Shown here: positions 39,401 through 50,994 of the stretch, in pieces
Layout: each line of letters opens with the position of its first letter
Position numbering within the stretch: position 1 is the first letter of the stretch
Assembly (NCBI GenBank): GCA_048013815.1
Contig: CM106585.1
Coordinates: 5,642,001-5,706,000 of the forward strand
DNA: 64,000 nt
Source: Setoptus koraiensis
Taxonomy: Eukaryota > Animalia > Arthropoda
Reading direction: 5' to 3'
Notes under the pieces: model-generated
Database searches by the model: none
Seen by the model: only the letters and a program-made list of their open reading frames with translations
Told to the model about the DNA's origin: nothing
Position numbers and translations under genes: made by a program

Positions 39401-41664
39401 GGTACAAACTCCACTTTGTACGTCGTAGTCAAGCTGCTGTCGCCAAGTCTATGACTTTCTTCGCTGACAGATTTTGACATCGCAAAGTCTACTGGTTTTT
39501 GATCTGGAGTCAGAATGGTAATGTCATCTTTGTTGAAAACATCATTTGTATCTAGGAAGAACTCTACTCTTGAGCCGACGAGTAGCCTCTCTTCTTTTCT
39601 GATGTTTATTGATGGACTTTCCTTATTTTTTGAAGATGACATTTGGTCGTTCATGGGCAGTAAGGCAGCATTATTCGGGGTATTAGACTTCTCCAAACCA
39701 ATCATTTGACACACAATTGGTATTTTAGGTATTTTTTCTTTGTTGAATAGGATTTCTATTATATGGTTGGCCATTTCCACCGGCGTGAAAGATATAGAAT
39801 AAACACATGTTGTATCGGGCCTTTGCTTCTTCTGTTTAGAATCGATATCGTCCGGGTAGATTAACTTGACAAAATTAGGAACACTTTTGCGATTAGCTGT
39901 GACTACAATCTCCATAACTCCAGGACCAGCATTTGAAGCATCTACGATGAAGGTTTGTTCTTTGCCCAACTCTATTTCTTTTGGAACTTTTTTGACTTTG
40001 ATCGCATCAATATTGTACGACTTGCACCTATATGGAGTGTTAGGCAATTGAAGTCCTTTATAATGCAAGTAGATTAGATATTCGCCGACTGATTTTGTCA
40101 TATATTCCACACGAGCAGTGATAATATTTCCGTTCACGGCTGATGATTTTTCGCGACTTATAGTAGGTGGAACTAACAAGCCTTGAGGGTCCTCTATCTT
40201 GACAACAAGATCATTGTTATCATTCGACAGATTAGATACATAGAATGAGCTCTTTTCGTTTAATTTGGCATATTTACAACCTGCTCCTATTACAGTTAGC
40301 TGGTCCGCTCTACTAGCCATAGAAATATTTTCTGACAAGTTCTCACGAGTTATACTGTTGTTATTGTTTGTGATTGGTGATTTCGGACTATTGCTTATGT
40401 CCCTGCTGAGAGGCTGATGAGCTATGTGAGCTGACTTTACCGGCACCATAAACGGATTTCCCAACACAGGCTGTCCGTTGAATGTTATATTAACTTGGTG
40501 ATCGTCCGCCTGCTTTGGCACGAAAATCACTTCAAATATGGCACCTCCCAATGGGTTCACTTTCGTTAGTATATTTTGTCCATCTGAGCAGCTTGTGACG
40601 CTTATCTCAAGAGAACCTTCACCAGCGTGACTGGCGTTAATTGAAAAATTGACAGGTTTGTCCACTTGGGCACCAAGGCCAAATTCAGTGGTCACCAATA
40701 CTTTTGACGCATCGTAAGCTTTCGAAGCAAACGGTGACTCTGGCAGATGTTCGTTCATGTATAGAACTTGTATGCTGTATTGGCCCACCTCAACAGGTGT
40801 GAATTCGCACCAAATACTATCTGATGATTGTTGGCCTGATTCGGTGCCACTGTTAGTCCTGTTAGCCGATTCTAGTGTTCCGACATCATGAGGTATTAAT
40901 TTGTTACTTGGTGAGTTAATGATTACTTGTAGATTGGAAGTGATATTTGGTTTTTTTGTCTGATTGTTAATGTCGCCAGCTAGTTTCGTGGAATATATTC
41001 TGAATTTAGCTCTTTTGCCTATTTTTATAAGATTTATGCTTGAGGTGTCAATATGAAGGTACGGGTGATTGGCATCGATTTTTTGAATGTCAACAACAAA
41101 CGGACAACCGATGACATTTTGTCCATTGAACTTGATATCAACAATGTGGGGCACGCATTCCTCGGGCAAAAAATTAACAATACATTTACCATTGTCTAAC
41201 ACTCGCACCTGATTTGGTATTTCGCCCTCGTTGACGGCAATCTCTAATTGACCCTCGCCGGCCTCTGAGGCATCCACATTGAATTCGTAGTGTTCGTTGA
41301 TGTAACAGCGACGCGCGGCGCCAATGATGAGAACCTTACTTAAGTCGTAAGCTTTCGCTATAAATCTGGTGCTGAGATGTGGCTGATCTATGATGTCCAC
41401 CTCTATTGTGTAGACGCCCACAATGGGCGCCGTTAAATAAACCCTGAACTGTCCCGGCTCGGGCAACTCAACGGTGCGCTTCTGTATGGAGGCCTCGAGA
41501 GGCGACTGGCCGAGACCGGCGCTGGTGAGCAGGGGGTTTGTGATGTTGATGAGCAGTTGTTGGAGCTTGAGTCCGGGGTAAATGATATCAAACGATTGCG
41601 CCTGGTTGACGGGAAACGAGTCCAGAGTTTGGACGCGCAACGGGCCCTTGCTGATGGTGGCCAT
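33497..41664 (-). CDS. jbug: Filamin, jitterbug/filamin-B-like type, Ig repeats only; exons 41664-38055, 37204-36584, 36373-36316, 35719-33845, 33740-33497; 2135 aa
   Basis: Many filamin Ig repeats (DASxAGxGxLEI, GxPVxGSPF). C-terminus FRMETQRENQRDRTILCKYDPTEPGDYRIEIKWAGVHVPGSPFTVMIFDTQDEL matches Drosophila jitterbug rather than cheerio as I recall it. A 58-nt exon (GSHRIEVLYMGKQVSESPY) restores the frame; exon sum 6408 nt. Start chosen at gccATGg and is uncertain. Confidence 0.88.
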
Positions 41665-44600
41665 GGCCCGGCTCGATGTCGCATATATCAATATATACTA
41701 TATCTATGTATGAATCTATTTTAGTGGAGTGTGGACGAAACAAATCACTGATCGTGCAAGCTGTAATATTTACTACTATATTTTTGGAAACGACCTGGTG
41801 ACGCCGTTGGCGGCTGATTGGTGGTGACGCAACAACAGTTTTAACGGGCCGAGCGGTGATTTGCAACAGTGTGCATCATGGGAATGTCCTATCGGAATAT
41901 CGCCTGTCCGACGGACTGCGTGCCAGTAATATGCCGATAATACGCCAATAATATGCCTGTAATATGCCTGTAATATGTCGATAATATGTGAATAATTTGT
42001 GAATAGTGTGTGAATCGTGTGTGAACCGTGTGTGAATAATAGGTGAACAATGTGCCTGCAACGGGCCGATAATACGCCACGATGTGCCAGTAATATGTGG
42101 GCACGAGGATAATCCAGTTGGGGCCAGGTATTGTGAGATATTGTGAGATATTTTGAGATTTCGTGAGATATTGCTGGATATTGCTGAATGTTGCTGAATG
42201 TTGCTGTCGTGCTGGCTCGATCGAACTGCTGGTGCTACAAGTGGCCGCTGCTGCCGAGTTGTGTGTACATCTTCTGTTGTTTGCCTGTTGCCATGCACAA
42301 ACACAAAGGTGCGACGACGATAATTAATTAGCGATAATAATAACGAAACGCTGCAAATGCATAACAAGCGCGCTGGCGTGTTCAGTTTATTGGGCACACA
42401 TTGTTGCTGGTTGCAACAACAAATTCGCTTCTGATGGAACCAGCGCTATTGTTTCGTCGCTTGTTCTTCTGGTGGTTCGTTGATACACAACGCTGCTCAT
42501 AAGCAACTGTACAACTGGCAGATAATGAGTGTGTGTGCAACTAAATACTATATTGGAGGACGGACCAACAGAACGTTACCCATGGAATCGAACAAACACA
42601 CTCACTGCAATACACTCACTGTATGTTATGCACACACACACACACTCAGCGGCCGCAACACACACACACACACACAGTTCGCAGCGAGAATTGGGCAACA
42701 ATATTGGGGGACACACTTGTTGCCTGACCCTGTGTGTGCGCACACACTTGGCACAGGCTCGCCACTGGCTGTCGACCCCTGTGTGTTTGGCAAGCAGTGT
42801 TTGCTGCAGCAACGGCGCTGCCCGATGGTACGCAGAAAATAAAACTGTGCTTCTGTGTGTCATGCACATTGCATGGCAAGATTGCTGCTGCTGCTGCTGT
42901 GCCGCTGCTGCTTCTGCTGCCGTGTATCATGCAGCCTGTATCATACAGGCTGTATGGCGGCAGTTCGATGCGCGCCTGGCCTGCGACTCGCAGACTGCGA
43001 GCGTGCGTCGTCGTCGCTCTGTGTCGACTCTTTACAGAGTCTGCACTACAGAGTCTGTACGACAGGATCCGCAGTATAGACTCGACAGTATAGAGAGTCC
43101 ATGCGAAGGAGTCGAACTTTTGCGCAGTCCGACTCGCTTTGACACACACATACACAGGTAGTTCGCTCATGCAGAATGTTCGCAGAGGCTCGCTCCGAAT
43201 CTCGCTCCGAATCTCGCTTCCAGGTAGCCTGCAGAAATGCCCAAATAGACGCACAGCGAACTCGCTGGCGACCGACGAACTAGAGCCAAAGATAGGATAT
43301 TAAGTAATTAAGGATGCAAAAAACAAGTTATATTTGCACACACACATAGTTTAGCTGCGCATAAACACACACAAATGTTTCTATTCGCTCGATAGTTTGC
43401 AATTGATTAATATCATATTGCCGGCTGCATCAGCGCTGGCCGGACAAAATACGCTGACACAATCATGGCATGCATCAGCCGGCGAGTAGATTGAGTGAAG
43501 AACTGGGAGCCCTTCGGCCAACTCAGTTCGGCCAACTTTGCTCCGCGTCCAGCGGCCATGAGACACTTGCGGCTGTGCGAGATTCGCAACTTGGAGTCTA
43601 TCACATCAAGTTAAGACTAACATCATGTAATATATGATGGTGTTATAAATATTTACGTATTTTTCGGCTATAATTTAGACTAGCGAACACCGGTTCTCTC
43701 TGCGACAAATAGACCGGCCCGGTCCGGTTCGGTTCGGCAAGTCGACGCACATGACTCTTTTTCGCCTGTCATCCACTTGTTGCTTCCAGCATCGGCAGCA
43801 TCAGCAGCATCGGCAGCGTCAGCCAGGCCGCCACCAATTAATATCATTGTCGCTATCAGCCAGAATGGGCGGAATAATTAAATGGCACCACAACCACTAA
43901 TCAATCTGCTATTTGTAAGCTGCTGTAATAGCTGTCCGCTGCGGCAGCAGCTTCATCTAATGAGAATATGATGCCACTATCGAACAAATGTAGTTCGCAA
44001 CATGAAGTGAAATTCGATGCGCCAAGCGAAGCGTTCGGCAGCTTGCCACCGAATGCCATCGAGATGCCGGCTAGTCCGGGCTAGCGATGCCCTCGACAGA
44101 CATGATACGTGGCCACAGACGGTGGCCCTTATATGGTTGTCTTCTTTTTTCCAAGTGTTTATCTTTCTCTCGCTCGCCCTCTTACTGGCCGTGTCCGCCT
44201 ATCACTATCTTGATCATCATTGCTTGTTGTTGTTGTCGTCGCAGTCGTGATCAATTTGCTTCCAACGAACGCCATACACATTCTTCTCATCATCACATAC
44301 ATGTATAAATGAATTGAATATACAAACATTGACCACTAACAGCAAACCAGCAGCAACTGTACACACACACACACAAGTAGATGTGAGAATCCAACAACAA
44401 GTAGATAGCTTTTGTTGCTCAATATTACGATTACTATTACTGCTAATAGCATGATTGCCTCGCAGACTACTATCAGTTATATATGGAAAAGTTTAAAAAA
44501 GCAGATGAAAGCTCACTTGGGCTACTAATGTATCAGCTACATCGGCATTTTGTTCAAAATTATGATGCTTCGCGATAGTACAAGTGTTGTTGCTGTTGTT

Positions 44601-44722
44601 GTTGTCTATAGGCAACCATTGATTCGACCATATGTTTATTATAATCTTTCCATGATAAGCGAGATGATGAATTAAGATCAAATATATATAAATATAATCG
44701 AGTTTTCTGCATCACCAAAACA

Positions 44723-44730
44723 GGATTGAG

Positions 44731-44805
<75 letters not shown>

Positions 44806-44821
44806 TGTGAGTGTGTGTGTG
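44723..44821. repeat. (TG)n microsatellite, about 100 bp, with TGAG variants near the end
   Basis: Read directly. Confidence 0.95.
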
Positions 44822-45450
44822 AATGGATGAAAATAATGATCGAGGACTAGATAAAGATTGCAAGCCTACAATATATTAACTTGCATGACTGTGCTGGTGT
44901 GTGAGTGTAAGCTTGAACGACTCGTCCAATCAAATCACCTTCAGAGATATATAACTGACTGTTAGAATTGTTTATGCCGTCACTATAATGGTGTCAGCTA
45001 ATGGCCTCCAAAATGTACATCTTGCCAAGCTCACATCTTGCCTGGATGTGTGAGTGTTAGTGTGTCATTATGCAATGTTTGTTCATACTTCTGCCTGTTT
45101 GACAGGTCTCGTTTGTACCGCTGCATTAGGATAGATAGAATCACGCGATCCATTGTTGGTTTGTTGTTTGGTTGCTCTCACCGCTCCTGCTGATGTAGTT
45201 GTTGTAGCTGTAGTTGATGTTGTTGTTGTTGCTGTATCATCACACACAATCAGATAATGTGTGCAGATAATTAGCGTTTCCTTTGTTAATTGTACCACTT
45301 TCTCGGCTTGTCAGGCACAGGTATAATCTAATTTTGCGATCAAACGAAAGTTAAACGCATTATGTATTGAAATGAATTTATTTATCATTCTATCTAGCTC
45401 GTTTGATGCTTAGATGATTCAGACAATTATATTATAGATTAGTGTAACAA

Positions 45451-45504
45451 CAACAAAAACAAATTAAGTAGCAACAAAAACAAATTAAGTAGCAATAAAA
45501 ACAA
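45451..45504. repeat. 21-bp tandem repeat, about 2.5 copies
   Basis: CAACAAAAACAAATTAAGTAG x2 plus a partial copy. Confidence 0.88.
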
Positions 45505-45559
45505 TCATTTATCTTATAATAAAACACATGAGCGCTGGACAGTGAGACTAGGTTCGTTC

Positions 45560-45964
45560 GCCCGTCGGATGCGAGTAAACGAGGCCGGGTTTGGGCCCAT
45601 TCTGCTTGGCTACCCGGCCTAACAACGAAGAGCAAAACGAGAAGACAGCTAAATCTACCTTGGGCACCCAGGTCGTCGTGGCTACCCAAGTGGTGTCTCT
45701 AATCGTGTGCCGATTAGAGACACCCTTTGGGTAGTACCGGACAAAAACGTCTCCAAAAACGTTTTGGGAACGTACGATTGCTTGATAGGATGATTAACCA
45801 ACCTAGATGGCGTAATCCGTGGCATTGTTGCCACAGTCCTATGGTAAGGTACAATTGGTCGGCAGTTTGATTAACTGACGAGATTCACCAACCAGAGGAA
45901 AGGCACAACAATCTGCCAAGCAATCGCACGTCACCAAAACTTTTCTGGGGACGTTATTGTCCGG
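45560..45964 (-). ncRNA. Large structured RNA element immediately 3' of the AGPAT stop codon
   Basis: 49-bp ungapped inverted repeat 45737-45785 / 45916-45964 (41/49 Watson-Crick, plus 4 G-U on the minus strand), 24-bp hairpin 45682-45734, and 9-bp stem 45582-45590 / 45612-45620. Confidence 0.6.
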
Positions 45965-45999
45965 AGAATCGTCTACCACCTAACACAAGAATGGTGCTA

Positions 46000-48007
46000 T
46001 TAATGAGTTGCCGCCGCTACTCTATTCGGCAGGCCAATATTGCTAACCTTGGTTAGTCCGTTCAACGATGGCTCTGTGCCATGGGAACCAGCGTAGTTAA
46101 AGAGATCGCTTTCTGACGACTTGCATCCATTTGTTCGGGGCCTCTTCGTGGCGTCATACAGCTTCGGCGAGGAATACTTGGATCTTGACTCTTTGTCATA
46201 CTTGGAGAACAGCGTTAGACTAGATAAAATGATGGCTGCCAACGAGAGCCAAAATATTAGGGAGCTTGAGTAGGCCAGGGCAAACTTGATCAAAACTGAA
46301 TAGGTCAATATGTAGCCCGTTGTGGAAGTGATCAGTGGCGCCACCTTTCGCTTGTATTCAAAGTTGAAACCACCAGGAAAAGTGTTATTGTTAGATGTGT
46401 ATATATCGACCAATTCGTCTTTACGCTGGTAAATATCGTACAACAATTGCTCGAATTCCTCTGGCTCTGACAGATTCTCAAATCTGCTTCTTTCCACTTC
46501 TTCAATGTAAAAATCCGCCTGAAATGGTTCGCCACGCATGAACCATCCAAATGTGGGCCTGGCGGGTATCATCACTTGAGCATTGAATATCCTGAATGGT
46601 ACCTCTTTATCACTGTATTTTGATTGACTTATGCTAAAATCACTAGAAATATTGCCGTTGTCGCTCTGGATGCATTTCATCTTCAAAAGATGCTGCACAC
46701 AATAGGCGAAACCTTTTGGTCGGGGCAACAGGTGATATTTCAATGGTCTCAAGTTGTTGGCTTTGGCATAATTCACTGAGGCCTCCATTTTTTCTGGCGT
46801 CAGACGCGTACCCTCACAAAAGAGTCCAATCATAGTTTGTTTGTAATCCAGTAGCTTGTTCAGGCCTCTACCCAGTATCAGCTTGTCTTTTGTCCAGTTT
46901 CTGTCCACAAACAGCATTTGAGACATGCTTGACATCCATCCTATGATGGGCAAGTATTTCAATTCCGACTTGCTCACCACTTTGTAGGCCTGCGCAGCGA
47001 GGGAGAAATTTTCGCATTCGTGAATTATTAAGAGAATTCAATTTGTATACATTATTATCGGCGACACATTACAACACTAACATTGTGTTATTATGTTATT
47101 GTGTAATACTTACGCCGAGATTGTCGAGTTGATCACCGAACACCGCGCAAGCTAGCCAGTCTAAATCGAAGGTGTGATTGATTACAATGATGCCCAACAT
47201 GGGGTCTTTGGCTTGTTTGCGTAATTCTGACTTGGCGACACGCATGTTCAGTTTGATGTTTGCCCAATAGTAGGCGAGCGAAATAACGGGCGACATTATC
47301 GTGTAGACTAAATAGTAGTTGATACTTTGGTAAAGTCTTCTATTCACCGGATATATGGTCACATATAGCACAAATTGCGCTAAATTGCACCATAGGCCCA
47401 CAAATAAAAAGCTGTTCATGATGGAAATAATGAATAAACGCTTGCATAATGAACGAATATAACTTGTGCAATCATGTAAAAACTTCTTCTTGCCGTCATG
47501 TTCTTGTTGTTGACATGATGTTTTGTCCATCTTGGAGGATGTTGATGATGTTTGGCTCGCAACTGAAACTATATCACAATTTGCGCACTTGTTCGAAACA
47601 GTTATCGGCCTATTTTCACAGCTACACGCAACTGTCCTATGTGTTGTATGAACGCCAGTGTTGTGATTCAATAGTATGCTAGCACGAAACAATACCGATG
47701 TAACCAATCTGTGAAGGTAACTCATACTAGTGTAAGTAACGGCATCTGACTGAATAGATGATCCCTTATCACTGAGATTCCTATCTTCTCTCCTCGGCTT
47801 CGATATAACTTGTTGTTGCCGTTGTCGTTGTTGTTGTTTGGTGGCGACATTCTCTTTGTTTGGGTCCATTGTTGTTACGATTCTTGCAGCTGAGTTTCTT
47901 GTTCTATGTCTGTCACAGAGTCTAGCTGCCTTGATATTGTCATCGCCACCATACTCCAGTATTGTTGGGAGTGGTCGAATGAGTCGATTCAGTTGAATAG
48001 TCATCAT
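46000..48007 (-). CDS. 1-acylglycerol-3-phosphate O-acyltransferase, AGPAT3/4 (LPAAT gamma/delta) type; exons 48007-47114 and 46989-46000
   Basis: Acyltransferase motifs NHTFDLDW (HX4D), KSELKYLPIIGW, FVDRNW, FCEGTR and HLLPRPKGF. One phase-0 GTAAGT..CAG intron. True start codon uncertain because of a long N-terminal extension. Confidence 0.9.
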
Positions 48008-50301
48008 GTAACATTGGAGCTTCTTATTTTCATTAGCTAATTATCTGTTGCGACTGATCATGTAGTGTGAATTGTTGTACCACAAGTTTGTGAATGTCCC
48101 GGTCTGTACCACTTCCAACGTACGCTGGTAATGTGCACTTGTCTATGTCTTGCCTGACGAAGGTCGCGTCATAGATTCACAAATAATTGTTTGCAGCCAG
48201 ATCTCCATGGCGTCGCACGTACGATCTAATGAACGTATGTTCAGTTTATTTTGTTTGTACTCTGTTTAGAACCGAAATATCACGGCATAGCTTATAGTGA
48301 CGATGATGTAATCGTTATTATCTGATAGATAATAAATGTAAACAGCAATAAATATCAGTGCTGATTGAAAGTTTCTTGTGGCCTTTATCCCAGATAAAAG
48401 CTGGCTTTGTGTGTGTGCTTGAGATCAATGAGAAATGAACATATCAACATTGATGTATACTACAGTTAGATTATAATGATCGCTAGCTTGATAGATGGCT
48501 CGATCAGGTAATAGTGAAACTCCACTGATAGTGTATAGTATGGGGACGCTTACTCAGGCGTGAAGCGCGCTTGCTTGTTATATAAGAGCGACGTATTGTG
48601 ACACAGAACTCTAGCTCTTGTAAAATTTTTATAAAAGCTCGTTATTATTGTATTCACTCGCAACTGATGCTATTTTGAGCTTTGTCATCGTAGCCAATAC
48701 ACAAATATCATGCAAACAGATGAATGGGGGGCTGTTGTGAACTGCAGCGATGATCACTGTTATTATGATTGTTTTTTTTTCTAGTTTTTCACTATTGTAC
48801 AGGCTTGCATGGGAGAATTGATTGTGCATTTGGGCGAGACACATTTCCACAGGCATACTGTATAGTATAGTGGTGTACACATGCTAACCGTTAAATATAT
48901 TAATTCAACTCCAATCAGCTACCTATGTTCACGAACTGTCGGTGCAAAAAACGTCGGTCGTTCAGGGATTACATGACGTATAATTAACAAAATGCCAACC
49001 GGGCCGCGTGACTTATGCCCACGAGATTTTCCGATACTGATGGAGTTAACTTGGCAATTTAGTTTGCGATACTTTTCAAACTACATTGTATGGCTATGTT
49101 GAGTATTCACTAGTTGTTTAGTCATCAGTTTTTTGTGTGGCAATATTATCCAACAGCACACATTAACAAACACTGGCTGGATGTTATGAACTCGTGTTAG
49201 TCGCCAGGCTGGGCGATATGTGTCATTGCAAACAGCGAAGTATAAGTCGCTCTGAGTGTGAATTGACTAATTATTATTACAATATCCGAGCGCCAAGTAA
49301 TTGACTGTGATTGATCTATTTGTATGCCAGCGATGGACAAACTAGTTTTGGCCTCGTTTGTATCGTTTGGCATGCTCTAATTGTGACGAAAATTAATTCC
49401 TTCCTAATGTCTGCCTGTCTTGACAGCAGGCCCGTTGGAACACTAGACATTGTGATAAAACAATTTAGAGTTGTGACAGAGTTTTGTTATGAGCTTGCTG
49501 TCTCGATGGCTTTCTTTTGCTTTAGCACTCGCTGTATCGAGTTTCAAATTGAGTGAGCGCCGCCACAACCGACCTCATCATGCCAATAACGACATCGAGG
49601 GATTTCATCGCTGACTTCGCCAATCCAAGTTAGCTGTATCCAAGCAACTATTGTTGTTGTCTTGTTAGCCGGTGTGGTGATGTTGTTGCGAATATTAAAC
49701 AAGTTATTTCGTTTGTGCGTTTGTGCAATATACTAGCTTCTGTCAAAATCATCAATATCTGAAACCTTTATTCACAAACACGGTATAATTATCTGACAGA
49801 TACAGATGTAGTAGTCGTTGAGTTAGTAGAATGTAAGTCTTGCAACTTCATTGAATATAACTACTACTCGTGTGGCCTAGCGCCACTTTCGCTGATTACT
49901 AGCTGTCGGCTCAGAACACATACTTCACATGTGTACAAGTGTATGTATGTTGTGGAGCTGGATTATTTTAAACGCAAGTGGTTGACATTGATCACTTGTT
50001 TTTGCTTAAGGACCCTGTCGACTGATTTAGAACACAACACTGACAAAACAATGACTGCTGTCATTTTCTATGATACTTCACTTTTTCTTGTTGGCTTATT
50101 TGTTTTGTCTTACTCAACGATGTTGACTTCATTCGCTCATGCTTCAGCTCACTATTTTCTGTTGTCGTGAATAATGAACATGAGCGCAATAAGAAAAGAA
50201 ACGGACCCACTCGACTTTGTCATTCGGAGTAGCCTTGATCAAATCGTGGATAAGACTTTTGAGCATTCAATCAGACTGCAATCTTTGCACTTGCACCACC
50301 A

Positions 50302-50360
50302 GTCAAACCGTACGCGTCATGCCCATATGTGTGTCCATGGCACCGTTAGGTTAAATTGAC
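50302..50360 (+). ncRNA. 59-nt hairpin, possible diverged miR-100-like precursor
   Basis: GTCAA/TTGAC, AACC/GGTT, ACG/CGT and GTCATG/CATGGC stems. The 5' arm begins AAACCGTA vs miR-100 AACCCGTA, and it lies 700 bp upstream of the let-7-like hairpin. The rest of the arm does not match miR-100. Confidence 0.3.
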
Positions 50361-50994
50361 CGAAACATTTCATAAACGGTAAACTTTCTTTGTGAAACTT
50401 TCCTGTCGGTGTTGACATAGTAGAGTTGACTACGAGAGAACCTTCAATGGTCGGCACAAAGTTGCATTACGACACACCGAGCTGCTCACACGTAATATCT
50501 ATGCTGCGATAGACAACACACGACCATTTTAACGATATCTTGAAAGTATAGTATCAACAAACAAGCGCAAGTGCCCGACAAATAGGTTCTACTGCCCACT
50601 AGAAATCAGAACCTGAAATTTAAACCTGGCAGGTCAAACTTTGGGTTCGGAACCCAACTGGTTTTGAAGTTGGCGCCATCGGTTCGAACATCACAATAGG
50701 CACCAGCAGTGCCTTCGATACAATCAACAGTTTGTGGTTTGCTTGCCATTTGTTTATTTATTGCGTGTGTGAGTCGCTGTACGGCAATTCACATACCAAT
50801 ACTTATATCCAAAAGCAGAGTTATGTCACAAGATATGACTCTAATGAATCATTAAATACGATGATGATTGACATTGCTATCGATTGAGATAAGCTGCTGA
50901 CGTAGAAAATAATTATAGCTACTTATTATTAGATGGTAATCGATGGAATAGGCCGCACTGTTTCATTATGGAAAAATTAAACAACCATTGCGAC

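Noticed and set aside
45866-45918. CTGACGA...GAAA resembling a hammerhead ribozyme core
   Set aside because: No stem II pairing between the two motifs, no pyrimidine before GAAA, and no UH cleavage site after the following stem.
45737-45964. MITE interpretation of the 49-bp inverted repeat
   Set aside because: No target-site duplication (flanks GGGTAGTA vs AGAATCGT), and mismatches are strand-biased to G-U. Not excluded until copy number is checked.
45560-45990. Telomerase RNA interpretation
   Set aside because: No 1.5-repeat CCTAA-type template on either strand; only isolated CCTAAC.
45893-46000. GAGGAAAGGCAC and ACAAGAATGGTGCT resembling RNase P CR-I/CR-V
   Set aside because: The universally bulged U is a G, the spacing is only ~90 nt, and it lies on the strand less favoured by G-U pairs.
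48278-49155. Partial matches to miR-2 (48278), miR-283 (48350) and miR-12 (49099)
   Set aside because: Only 6-9 nt 5' matches with poor or conflicting hairpins, which is expected by chance given the number of families compared.
50640-50700. GGTTCGAAC / GGGTTCGGAACCC as a tRNA T-arm
   Set aside because: No acceptor stem, D-arm or anticodon arm can be built.
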